Assembly (NCBI RefSeq): GCF_001194135.2 | Contig: NC_068982.1 | Coordinates: 161,377,523 to 161,441,522 of the forward strand | Source of the DNA: Octopus bimaculoides | Lineage: Eukaryota | Direction of reading: 5' to 3' | Length of the DNA: 64,000 bases | Made by a program: the position numbers and the translations under genes | Part shown: piece by piece, positions 63,928 to 64,000 of the stretch | Position numbering within the stretch: the first letter of the stretch is position 1 | Layout of the letters: the number at the start of each line of letters is the position of its first letter | The notes under the pieces: model-generated | Told to the model about the DNA's origin: nothing | Database searches by the model: none | The model's input: only the letters and a program-made list of their open reading frames with translations

Positions 63928-64000
<73 letters not shown>
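63880..64000. repeat. (TG)n/(TA)n compound microsatellite running to window end
   Basis: Direct read. Confidence 0.95.

Overview
AT-rich, repeat-dense animal genomic DNA with five assembly gaps. The SINE and RTE repeat families look like those of octopus; that assignment is from recall, not a search. The only host gene I can support is the 3' part of a WD40 gene on the + strand, best matching WDR77/MEP50. It has five coding exons (10278-10348, 31670-31724, 43014-43200, 44183-44260, 48347-48599) joined by canonical GT-AG introns of about 21.3, 11.3, 1.0 and 4.1 kb, with consistent phases; the 5' exons were not found in the window. The rest is transposon-derived: two non-autonomous Helitrons, two RTE LINE copies plus many isolated RTE 3' tails, a near full-length dead mariner, a dead pogo-type transposase, piggyBac-like MITEs, at least two tRNA-derived SINE families, and old LINE relics. 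Almost all ORFs in the supplied track are spurious or repeat-derived. I see no prokaryote-type system such as CRISPR or an operon. The most unusual structure is at about 20.8-21.4 kb: a tRNA-Thr(CGT)-like sequence bracketed by its own ~21-bp inverted repeats, present twice in opposite orientation inside a ~250-bp-arm foldback. Next are a PHD-like finger inside the RTE reverse-transcriptase ORF and a copy-number-variable ~66-bp hairpin array in the RTE 3' UTR. All family calls were made by eye and need database confirmation; repeat boundaries are approximate unless termini or TSDs are quoted.
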